A program made the translations under genes and the position numbers. From Escherichia phage phiAPCEc03, in sequence record NC_047754.1: DNA of 64,000 nucleotides; one strand, given 5' to 3'. A model generated the notes under the pieces. That model searched no databases and had not been told where the DNA came from. It saw nothing but the letters and a program-made list of their open reading frames with translations. Positions 10,504 through 19,246 of the stretch are shown piece after piece. Position 1 is the first letter of the stretch. The number at the start of each line of letters is the position of its first letter.

Positions 10504-10522
10504 ATGGAAAAATAAAAATTTC

Positions 10523-10551
10523 TTGATAAAATTTTCTAATACTATTATAAT
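10523..10551 (+). promoter_or_regulatory. Sigma70-like promoter upstream of Dit gene
   Basis: TTGATA at 10523-10528, 17-bp spacer, TATAAT at 10546-10551; followed by SD AAGAGGAGAAATTAACTATG. Confidence 0.55.
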
Positions 10552-10578
10552 AATTGTATCTAAGAGGAGAAATTAACT

Positions 10579-11193
10579 ATGAGATTACCAGACCCATACA
10601 CGAATCCAGAACTTTCAGGATTAGGATTCGAAAGTGTTAACCTGATTGATAATGACCCAGTAATTCGTGATGAGTTACCAAATGGTAAAGTTAACGAAGT
10701 TAAGGTATCTGCTCAATACTGGGGTATAAATATTTCTTATCCAGAATTATTTCCAGATGAATATAATGTTCTAGATGCTTTTATTCTAGAATACAAAAGG
10801 ACTGGTAGTTATATAGATGTTATATTACCCCAATACGAAGCTTTTAGAGTTAGAGGTAATACTAACTTAGTAAATATACCAGCAGGACAAAAAGGTTCCA
10901 ATATTACTATGGATACAAAAGGTGTTCTTACCGGTATCCCTAAACCAGGTGATTTATTTAAATTATCCAATCACCCAAAAGTTTATAAAATAACATCATT
11001 TAATAGATCTGGTAATTCATGGTCTATTAACGTATACCCTGATTTATTTGTAACGACTACTGGAGCTGAAAAACCAGTATTTAATGGGATACTGTTTAGA
11101 ACAAAACTCATGAATGGTGATGCTTTCGGATCTACATTAAATAATAACGGAACGTATTCCGGCATCTCATTAAATTTACGGGAAAGTTTATGA
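10579..11193 (+). CDS. Distal tail protein Dit (T5 pb9-like)
   Basis: 204 aa, matching pb9 size as recalled; strong SD; position between tape measure and hub. Confidence 0.8.
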   Translation: MRLPDPYTNPELSGLGFESVNLIDNDPVIRDELPNGKVNEVKVSAQYWGINISYPELFPDEYNVLDAFILEYKRTGSYIDVILPQYEAFRVRGNTNLVNIPAGQKGSNITMDTKGVLTGIPKPGDLFKLSNHPKVYKITSFNRSGNSWSINVYPDLFVTTTGAEKPVFNGILFRTKLMNGDAFGSTLNNNGTYSGISLNLRESL

Positions 11194-14039
11194 AAAAAAT
11201 ACTAGATAGTGCTAGAAACTACTTAAAAAATAATAGCAGAATAAAAACTGCTAGTCTAATTTCCCTAGAATTACCTGGCTCTACTGGTACTAGTACTGCT
11301 TTTATTTATTTAACTGATTATTTTAGAGATGTACTATATAATGGTATTTTGTACCAGGCCGGTAAGGTTAAGTCCATTAGCACACATAAACAAAATAGAG
11401 ATTTATCTATTGGCAGTCTATCTTTTACTATTACAGGTACAGCGCAGGATGAAGTACTAAAACTAGTGCAAAATGGTGTATCCTTCTTAGATAGAACCGT
11501 ATCAATTCATCAAGCAATTATTACTGAAGATGGTTCTATTCTACCAGTAGACCCCGATACAAATGGTCCTTTACTATATTTTAGAGGGAGGATTACTGGA
11601 GGGGGTATTAAAGATAACATTAGTACCTCTGGAGTAGGAACCTCTACAATTACCTGGAATTGTTCTAACCAATTCTATGACTTTGATAGAGTTAATGGTA
11701 GATATACTGATGACGCTTCCCATAGGGGGCTTGAAGTTGTAGCTGGACAGTTAGTACCATCTAATGGTGCTAAAAGACCAGAGTATCAAGAAGACTACGG
11801 CTTCTTCCACTCTAATAAAAGTATCTCTATCCTAGCAAAATATCAGGTTCAAGAAGAAAGATACAAGCTAAAATCAAAGAAAAAATTATTTGGTTTATCT
11901 AGAAGCTACAGCCTTAAAAAATACTATGAAACTGTCACTAAGGAAGTGGATATAGATTTTAACCTTGCTGCTAAATACATACCGGTGGTTTATGGAGTTC
12001 AAAAAATTCCTGGAATACCCATTTTTGCTGATACAGAACTACACAATCCCAACATAGTTTATGTCGTATACGCCTTTGCTGAGGGGGAGATTGATGGTTT
12101 TCTTGATTTCTCCTTTGGTGATAACCCTATGATCTGCGTAGATGCTAATGACAGCTCCGCTAGAACCTGCTTTGGTACTAAAAAAATAGCAGGAGATACA
12201 ATGCAGAGGATAGCATCTGGAACCTCTTCTAGTAGTCCATCCGTCCATGGTCAAGAGTATAAGTATAATGATGGAAATGGTGACATAAGGATTTGGACTT
12301 ATCACGGAAAATCTGATCAAACAGCCTCTGAAGTACTAGTAGATATAGCTAAAGAACGTGGATTCTACCTTCAGAATATGAATGGCAATGGGCCGGAGTA
12401 CTGGGATGCTAGATATAAGCTACTAGATACTGCATACGCAGTGGTGCGCTTCACTATTAATGAAAATAGGACTGAGATTCCAGAAGTTAGTGCTGAAATT
12501 CAAGGTAAAAAAGTAAAAGTCTATCATTCTGATGGTAGAGTAACTGCTAATAGTACTAGTTTAAATGGTATTTGGCAAACACTTGATTACTTAACCTCTG
12601 ATAGATATGGCGCTAATATTACCATTGATCAGTTCCCCCTTCAGCAATTAATACAGGAAGCATCTATTTTAGATATTATAGATGAATCCTATCAGGTATC
12701 TTGGCAGCCATATTGGAGATACGTTGGGTGGACTGATCCACTAGCAGAAAATAGACAAATAGTACAAATGAATACTATTCTGGATACATCTGAATCAGTA
12801 TTTAAAAATGTGCAAGGTTTGTTAGAGTCCTATGGTGGGGCTATTAACAATTTATCTGGCCAGTATAGGGTTACTGTAGAAAAATACTCTAATACTCCCT
12901 TAGAGATTAATTTTCTAGATACTTACGGTGATTTGGAGCTATCAGATACTACTGGTAGAAATAAATTCAACTCAGTTCAAGCATCTATCGTAGATCCCGC
13001 CCTTAGCTGGAAAACTAATTCTATTACATTCTATAATTCCAAGTATAAGGAACAGGACAAGAACCTAGATAAAAAATTACAACTATCTTTTGCTAATATT
13101 ACTAACTACTATACTGCAAGAAGTTTTGCGGATAGAGAACTTAAGAAATCCAGATACTCAAGAACACTTTCTTTCTCATTACCATACCAGTTCATAGGGA
13201 TTGAACCCAATGATGCTATTGCATTCACGTATGACCGTTACGGGTGGAACAGAAAGTATTTCCTAGTTGATGAGGTTGAAAACTCTAGAGAGGGTAAGAT
13301 AAATGTTACCTTACAGGAGTATGGAGAGGATGTATTCATCAACTCTGAGCAGGTTGATAATAGCGGTAATGATATTCCTGATATTAGTAACAATGTCCTT
13401 CCTCCTAGAGACTTTAAATATACTCCTACTCCTGGCGGTTTAGTAGGCTCTATAGGTAAAAATGGTGAGTTATCCTGGCTTCCGAGTCTAACCAATAATG
13501 TAGTTTACTACTCTATTGTGCACTCAGGCCATGCCGAACCTTACATAATACAACAGTTAGAGACCAATCCTAACGAACGTATGATCCAAGAAATAATTGG
13601 GGAACCAGCAGGTCTGGCTATATTTGAGATAAGGGCAGTAGATATTAATGGTAGAAGAAGTTCCCCGGTGACTCTGTCTATAGAACTTAACTCTGCTAAA
13701 AACCTTAGTGTAGTATCTAATTTTAGGGTAACTAATACGGCCTCTGGGGATGTAACTGAGTTTGTCGGCCCAGATGTAAAACTAGCTTGGGATAGGATAC
13801 CGGAAGAAGATATAATAGAGAGTATATTTTATACCCTTGAAATACACGATTCACAAAATAGGATGTTAAGAAGTGTACGTATTGAAAATCAGTATACTTA
13901 TGACTATTTATTAACGTATAATAAGGCAGATTTTGCTCTCCAGAACAGCGGTGCTCTAGGTATAAATAGAAAATTGTATTTTCGTATTAGGGCTGAGGGG
14001 AATGATGGAGAACAGTCTGTGGAGTGGGCATCCATTTAA
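11190..14039 (+). CDS. Baseplate hub / tail-associated protein (T5 pb3-like)
   Basis: 949 aa, matching pb3 size as recalled; start overlaps Dit stop (ATGA). Confidence 0.8.
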   Translation: MKKILDSARNYLKNNSRIKTASLISLELPGSTGTSTAFIYLTDYFRDVLYNGILYQAGKVKSISTHKQNRDLSIGSLSFTITGTAQDEVLKLVQNGVSFLDRTVSIHQAIITEDGSILPVDPDTNGPLLYFRGRITGGGIKDNISTSGVGTSTITWNCSNQFYDFDRVNGRYTDDASHRGLEVVAGQLVPSNGAKRPEYQEDYGFFHSNKSISILAKYQVQEERYKLKSKKKLFGLSRSYSLKKYYETVTKEVDIDFNLAAKYIPVVYGVQKIPGIPIFADTELHNPNIVYVVYAFAEGEIDGFLDFSFGDNPMICVDANDSSARTCFGTKKIAGDTMQRIASGTSSSSPSVHGQEYKYNDGNGDIRIWTYHGKSDQTASEVLVDIAKERGFYLQNMNGNGPEYWDARYKLLDTAYAVVRFTINENRTEIPEVSAEIQGKKVKVYHSDGRVTANSTSLNGIWQTLDYLTSDRYGANITIDQFPLQQLIQEASILDIIDESYQVSWQPYWRYVGWTDPLAENRQIVQMNTILDTSESVFKNVQGLLESYGGAINNLSGQYRVTVEKYSNTPLEINFLDTYGDLELSDTTGRNKFNSVQASIVDPALSWKTNSITFYNSKYKEQDKNLDKKLQLSFANITNYYTARSFADRELKKSRYSRTLSFSLPYQFIGIEPNDAIAFTYDRYGWNRKYFLVDEVENSREGKINVTLQEYGEDVFINSEQVDNSGNDIPDISNNVLPPRDFKYTPTPGGLVGSIGKNGELSWLPSLTNNVVYYSIVHSGHAEPYIIQQLETNPNERMIQEIIGEPAGLAIFEIRAVDINGRRSSPVTLSIELNSAKNLSVVSNFRVTNTASGDVTEFVGPDVKLAWDRIPEEDIIESIFYTLEIHDSQNRMLRSVRIENQYTYDYLLTYNKADFALQNSGALGINRKLYFRIRAEGNDGEQSVEWASI

Positions 14040-16096
14040 TGATTTCAAATAATGCACCAGCCAAAATGGTCTTAAATAGTATAATGACTGGATATACTTT
14101 GGCTTATGTCCAGCACTCCATTTATACTGATTATGATGTTATTGGTAGATCTTTTTGGTTAAAAATAGGAGAAAGTATAGATAGACGTGATTACACCGGT
14201 ATAGATACTTTCTTCGTAATGATTAATAATCTAACCCCCTCTACCTCCTATGAGATTCAGGGGGCTTTCTATGACTCAATTATTGACTCAGAGTTACTGG
14301 AAGCTAAGATTGGTATCAACCTCTCTAATGAAACTAATTTTAGAACAAAGGAAAAGCCAATAATTGTTGCAGCAAGATCTGAATCAGAACCCGTCGACGT
14401 TGGTGTTGGTGCTCCAATAGTTGTTGTAGAGACTGCTGGTGAAGCTAGTTACTGCACTATTGAATTAAAAAGTACTGCATCAGAAGACAGTGAATGGGTT
14501 AAGTATTATATAGGTGCGCTGGGACCTACTATCAAATTTGGTGGTGTTCCTGTTGGAGACTATAAGATCAGAATATCTGGTCAAGTTACGATGCCAGATG
14601 GTGTTACAGTTGACTCATCTGGCTATTATGAATATCCTAGCGTTTTCACTGTAGCTTATAATTTCGTACCACCTACTGCACCTACTAACATTGCCTTTAA
14701 AACTGCACGAATCGCAGACGGTAAGGAACGATATGATGTTAGAATAGAATGGGACTGGGAACGTGGTGCTGGTGCTAATGTCCGTGAATTTCTGGTTACT
14801 TATATAAACTCTGAAGAATACGCTAAGACTGGTTGGGCTAAAGCTCAAAAGATAAACGTTGGGGCTGCTAGAGCTGCAACAATTATATCATTCCCATGGA
14901 AAGTTGAGCATACTTTTAAGGTATCATCAATTGCCTGGGGACCAAATAAGCAAGATATAACAGAATCAGCTCCTGTAACATTTATATTGAATGAAGATAC
15001 TCCTCTAGACAACAGCTTTGTCAATGAGACGGGTATTGATGTTAATTATGCCTTTATTAAGGGCAGCATGAAAGATGGAGAAATCTGGAGACAGACATTC
15101 TTAATCGATGCAGCTACTGGTGCTATTAACATTGGTCTGCTAGATGAAGAAGGAAAAGCACCTATTTCTTTTGACCCTATAAACCGTGTTGTTAACGTTG
15201 ATGGTAAAGTAATTACTAGAGATATTAATGCTGCGAACTTTATCATGACTAACTTATCTGGTAAGGATAACCCAGCAATTTACACTCAAGGTAAATCTTG
15301 GGGGGATAATAACTCCGGTATTTGGATGGGTATGGATAATACCTCTGCCAAAGCTAAGTTAGACATTGGTAATGCCACACAGTGGATTCGTTATGATGGT
15401 GATGTGCTACGTATTTCTAGTGGAGTAGTTATTGGAACTCCTAATGGCGATGTAGATCTTGGTACTGGTATGCAAGGTAAGCAAACAGTATTTGTTTATA
15501 AGTTAGCAACATCTCTACCTGCTAAACCACTAGAACAAGATTATCCGCCTCCTGGTTGGTCAAAAACTCCACCTAACCGTACAGATATGACACAAAATAT
15601 CTATGCCACTACAGGTACACTTGATCCCGTTACTAACAAACTTCTTGAAGGTACTAGCTGGTCTGATGTAGTTCAGTGGAGTGGTACTGAGGGTACTATA
15701 GGACATGATGGACAACGTGGTCCTGGGATGTACTCCTTAGGTATTCCTGGTCTTGGAGGCTGGGATGATGGACAAGCTAATGCCTTCTTCCAGAATAACT
15801 TTGGTAGTCCTCCTGTTAGATATGATGTATTAACCGAATTTAATAGTAATGCTCCACAATCAGCATTTACCAGACAATGGAATGGATCTGGGTGGGTGAA
15901 CCCTGCAATGGTTCTTCATGGGAACATGATTGTTAATGGAACAGTGACGGCAGATAAAATTGTAGCAGGAAATGCTTTCTTGTCTCAAATTGGTGTTAAT
16001 ATCATTTATGATAGAAATGCTGCGTTATCCTGGAATCCTGAGGCATACTACAAGATGAAGATAGACCTAAATAGTGGGTATATCCATATAAGGTAA
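14024..16096 (+). CDS. Central tail fibre / baseplate protein (T5 pb4-like)
   Basis: 690 aa ORF directly after hub gene; size close to pb4 as recalled. Confidence 0.7.
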   Translation: MGIHLMISNNAPAKMVLNSIMTGYTLAYVQHSIYTDYDVIGRSFWLKIGESIDRRDYTGIDTFFVMINNLTPSTSYEIQGAFYDSIIDSELLEAKIGINLSNETNFRTKEKPIIVAARSESEPVDVGVGAPIVVVETAGEASYCTIELKSTASEDSEWVKYYIGALGPTIKFGGVPVGDYKIRISGQVTMPDGVTVDSSGYYEYPSVFTVAYNFVPPTAPTNIAFKTARIADGKERYDVRIEWDWERGAGANVREFLVTYINSEEYAKTGWAKAQKINVGAARAATIISFPWKVEHTFKVSSIAWGPNKQDITESAPVTFILNEDTPLDNSFVNETGIDVNYAFIKGSMKDGEIWRQTFLIDAATGAINIGLLDEEGKAPISFDPINRVVNVDGKVITRDINAANFIMTNLSGKDNPAIYTQGKSWGDNNSGIWMGMDNTSAKAKLDIGNATQWIRYDGDVLRISSGVVIGTPNGDVDLGTGMQGKQTVFVYKLATSLPAKPLEQDYPPPGWSKTPPNRTDMTQNIYATTGTLDPVTNKLLEGTSWSDVVQWSGTEGTIGHDGQRGPGMYSLGIPGLGGWDDGQANAFFQNNFGSPPVRYDVLTEFNSNAPQSAFTRQWNGSGWVNPAMVLHGNMIVNGTVTADKIVAGNAFLSQIGVNIIYDRNAALSWNPEAYYKMKIDLNSGYIHIR

Positions 16097-16102
16097 TAAA
16101 TA

Positions 16103-16525
16103 ATGAGTACTGAAAATAGAGTTATAGACTTAGTAATAGATGAGAAAGTACCTTATGGTCTAATGATGCAATTCTTAGATGTTGATGATAGTACTTATCC
16201 CCCTACAAACACCCCTGTTAACTTAACAGGGTATTCTCTAAAGGGTACTATAAAGAATAGCCTTGATGAGAATGCGGAAACTTTGGCATCTTTTACTACT
16301 AAAATTATTGATGCTGCTCAAGGTGCTATAGCTATAAGTTTACCTGTAGAGGCGGTAGATAATATTGGTGAAAAAGCCACCAAAGAGAGAGATAAGTATA
16401 ACCCTCGCCAACGTTTTGCAGGATACTATGATATAATTATGACACGAGATGTCATAGGATCAGCTATTAGCTCTTTTCGTATAATGGAGGGTAAAGTATT
16501 TATCAGTGATGGGGTAACTAGATAA
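16103..16525 (+). CDS. Collar protein (T5 p132-like)
   Basis: 140 aa ORF between pb4-like gene and fibre gene; size and position match p132 as recalled. Confidence 0.55.
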   Translation: MSTENRVIDLVIDEKVPYGLMMQFLDVDDSTYPPTNTPVNLTGYSLKGTIKNSLDENAETLASFTTKIIDAAQGAIAISLPVEAVDNIGEKATKERDKYNPRQRFAGYYDIIMTRDVIGSAISSFRIMEGKVFISDGVTR

Positions 16526-18972
16526 TGGCAATAACTACTAAGATTATTGTACAACAAATATTAAATATTGATGATACTAAAGCTACTGCTAGTAAATTTC
16601 CTAGATACACAGTAACTCTTGGAAACTCTATTAGCTCTATTACTGCTATAGAGTTAGTATCCTCTATAGAGGCCGCTGCTAAATCTGCTGCGGCTGCAAA
16701 AGATTCTGAAATAGCTGCTAAAACCTCAGAACTTAATGCTAAGAACTCTGAACAGGAAGCTGCTATTTCTGCTGGAGCTTCAGAAGCTTCTGCTAATCAG
16801 TCTGCTACCTCTGCTACTCAGTCCGCAGCGTCAGCCAATAAGTCTGCAGAATCCGCTGCCGCAGCTAAAATATCCGAGACTAATGCGAAGACTAGTGAAA
16901 CTAATGCGAAGACTAGTGAAACTAACGCGAAGACTAGTGAAACTAATGCTGACGCATCAGCTGCTGCTGCAAAAATTAGTGAGACTAATGCAAAGGCAAG
17001 TGAGACTAATGCAGCTCAATCAGCTGCTGATGCAAAACTTAGCGAGGGTAACGCAAAGGTCAGTGAGACTAATGCAGCTCAATCAGCAGCTGATTCTAGC
17101 GGTTTTAGGAATGAGGCGGAAATATTTTCTGGGCAAGCTGCTGCATCGGCATCTGCGGCAAAAATCTCTGAAACCAATGCAAAAACCTCGGAAACAAAAG
17201 CTAAGGCTAGTGAAACTAATGCTGCGGGATCTGCAACTTCTGCTAGCCAATCTGTAGCTACTATTCAAGGACTTAAATCAGATGTCGAACAGTTAAAATC
17301 TGATACCCAGGACATTAAAAATAGTGCTATAACAGAGACAACAGCTTTAAAAGCGGATGTCGAACAGTTAAAATCTGATACCCAGGCCATTAAAAATAGC
17401 GCTATAACAGAGACAACAGCTTTAAAAGCGGATGTTGAGCAACTAAAAACAGATACACAAGGTATTAAGGATAGCGCGGTATCTGAGACAACAACTTTAA
17501 AAGATCAAGCTGCTGCTTCTGCTGCACAAGCAGGTAATAGTGCTGTTGAGGCCGGGCAACAAGCTAGCAATGCTGCTGGTAGTGCAAATAGCTCTAAAGT
17601 AGAAGCAGACCGTGCAAAGGCAGAAGCAGACCGTGCGGAAGTTGCAGCTAATAGGGATCCTGATCTTCAACCATTCCCTGACGTATGGATTCCATTTAAT
17701 GACTCGCTTGATATGCTCGCAGGTTATTCACCCGGCTATAAGAAAATAACAGTTGGTGAAGATGTTATTACAATGCCTTCTGATAAGGTTGTTAGTTTCA
17801 CGCGTGCGTCAAATGCAACATACATAAATAAGCATGGTGAATTTTGTATTGCTAATATCGATGAACCCAGATTTGAAAAGCAAGGACTCTTGATTGAAGG
17901 CCAGAGGACAAATCACATTACTTTCAGTAATGACCCCGCTTCACTAAATACAGATAAGCACCGTAGTGATGTTACTTATAATGTTGATAAGTATGGTTTT
18001 GCATATGCAACGGCTACAGCTAACGAAAATTCACATGGTGAGTACCCTTCATTATTTTATTGTAAAACCGTGAATGCAATCAACTGTCAGCAAAATGAAT
18101 ATGTTTCTTTATCTATACGAGTAAAGGCAAACTCGGATATCTATATCACCCCACAATTTTATTTAGTAGGTAAGGATGGAGGTCTTATTCTCGGTGCTAG
18201 ATCTTTCATAAGTTGCGAAACCGGCGAAGTTTCTTCTGTAGTAGAAGGGAGGGGGACTATAGCACATAGAATATATAGAGAAGACAACGGATGGTTGAAA
18301 GTTGAAGCTATGTGTAAATTTGTAGAACGTGGAGGTAGTTCTATTGGATCTGTAAATTATTGTCGGAATAATGATCAACCTTCGCAAGTTGGGGATACAA
18401 TATCATTTTGTACTCCGCAATTTGAAAAGGGTTTTTGTGCATCCTCCTTCATTATTACGGGAAGCACTCCTGCAACAAGGGCTCTGGATTATGTTACTAT
18501 ACCTGCAAGAAATAATTTCTCAGGGACGAATATTTCATTCCTTGCTGAGGTAAGTATCAACTGGAATAGCTTTCAATTAGATAATATATACCCAATGATA
18601 GTGGATAACAACCACTACTTCGTAAGAGGAAAAGCATTTGTTGCGGAATTTGACAGAACCTCCGTTACACCTTACACGTATGTGGTAACTGAGGATGGAT
18701 CAACTATTCTGTCCAGAGGTTATTCATTTGAAAAACAATTTTCTCCACATGTATTTGGTTTTATTCTCAGTGGCGATGTAGAGGTCACCTCGTTTGTTAA
18801 TGGTAATAGTGGTGAGACCTCACACGGTTCTACCTGGAAAGGAACGGACTCGGACGCACTAGTAGAAATAGGCGGTAGACTTTCAGATTCAACTAAATTG
18901 TATGGTCATATTCGTAACCTTAGAATATGGAATAGAGTATTAACAGATAGTCAAATGCGGGAGAAAGTTTAA
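16525..18972 (+). CDS. Tail fibre protein A (side fibre shaft; repeat-rich N-terminal half, jelly-roll-like C-terminal domain)
   Basis: 815 aa; heptad repeats SETNAKT x4 and 25-aa repeats DVEQLKSDTQxIKNSAITETTALKA x3; C-terminal ~350 aa Cys/Trp-containing domain ending ...LYGHIRNLRIWNRVLTDSQM (lectin/LamG-like by impression); start overlaps upstream stop. Confidence 0.7.
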   Translation: MAITTKIIVQQILNIDDTKATASKFPRYTVTLGNSISSITAIELVSSIEAAAKSAAAAKDSEIAAKTSELNAKNSEQEAAISAGASEASANQSATSATQSAASANKSAESAAAAKISETNAKTSETNAKTSETNAKTSETNADASAAAAKISETNAKASETNAAQSAADAKLSEGNAKVSETNAAQSAADSSGFRNEAEIFSGQAAASASAAKISETNAKTSETKAKASETNAAGSATSASQSVATIQGLKSDVEQLKSDTQDIKNSAITETTALKADVEQLKSDTQAIKNSAITETTALKADVEQLKTDTQGIKDSAVSETTTLKDQAAASAAQAGNSAVEAGQQASNAAGSANSSKVEADRAKAEADRAEVAANRDPDLQPFPDVWIPFNDSLDMLAGYSPGYKKITVGEDVITMPSDKVVSFTRASNATYINKHGEFCIANIDEPRFEKQGLLIEGQRTNHITFSNDPASLNTDKHRSDVTYNVDKYGFAYATATANENSHGEYPSLFYCKTVNAINCQQNEYVSLSIRVKANSDIYITPQFYLVGKDGGLILGARSFISCETGEVSSVVEGRGTIAHRIYREDNGWLKVEAMCKFVERGGSSIGSVNYCRNNDQPSQVGDTISFCTPQFEKGFCASSFIITGSTPATRALDYVTIPARNNFSGTNISFLAEVSINWNSFQLDNIYPMIVDNNHYFVRGKAFVAEFDRTSVTPYTYVVTEDGSTILSRGYSFEKQFSPHVFGFILSGDVEVTSFVNGNSGETSHGSTWKGTDSDALVEIGGRLSDSTKLYGHIRNLRIWNRVLTDSQMREKV
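16873..16950 (+). repeat. 21-nt tandem repeat (about 3.7 units) inside fibre gene
   Basis: Unit ACTAGTGAAACTAATGCGAAG repeated head-to-tail, encoding SETNAKT. Confidence 0.85.
17281..17505 (+). repeat. 75-nt tandem repeat x3 inside fibre gene
   Basis: Units at 17281-17355 and 17356-17430 differ at 2 positions; third unit (17431-17505) is diverged. Confidence 0.85.
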
Positions 18973-19236
18973 GTGAAAGATATTAATTTACAATTCAAGG
19001 ATGAAAAACATTATCTGGATGTTGTCGTTGATAGTGGGTGGCTTAAGACAAACTACGGTAACGTGTTTATAGATGAAATTGGTTTTATCCCTGTGGTAGA
19101 CGACCCTAAAAGTAAAACCCCTGCTATTATTGGTAAAGAAGGTTATTACATAAATATAAGGGTAGGAGATAATATAGACTTGTCAGACATCGAACAATTC
19201 ATTATTAAGAATCCCGATGTACGCAAATGGGCATAA
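18973..19236 (+). CDS. Hypothetical small protein between fibre genes (GTG start)
   Basis: 87 aa ORF filling the gap between the two fibre genes exactly; GTG start directly after upstream stop. Confidence 0.35.
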   Translation: MKDINLQFKDEKHYLDVVVDSGWLKTNYGNVFIDEIGFIPVVDDPKSKTPAIIGKEGYYINIRVGDNIDLSDIEQFIIKNPDVRKWA

Positions 19237-19246
19237 GAGGTGATCA

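Noticed and set aside
16736-17257. 173-aa + strand ORF and 17083..17268 - strand ORF in the fibre repeat region
   Set aside because: Alternative frames of the repeat-rich fibre gene, kept open by repeat periodicity; Leu/Arg-rich shadow products with no SD.
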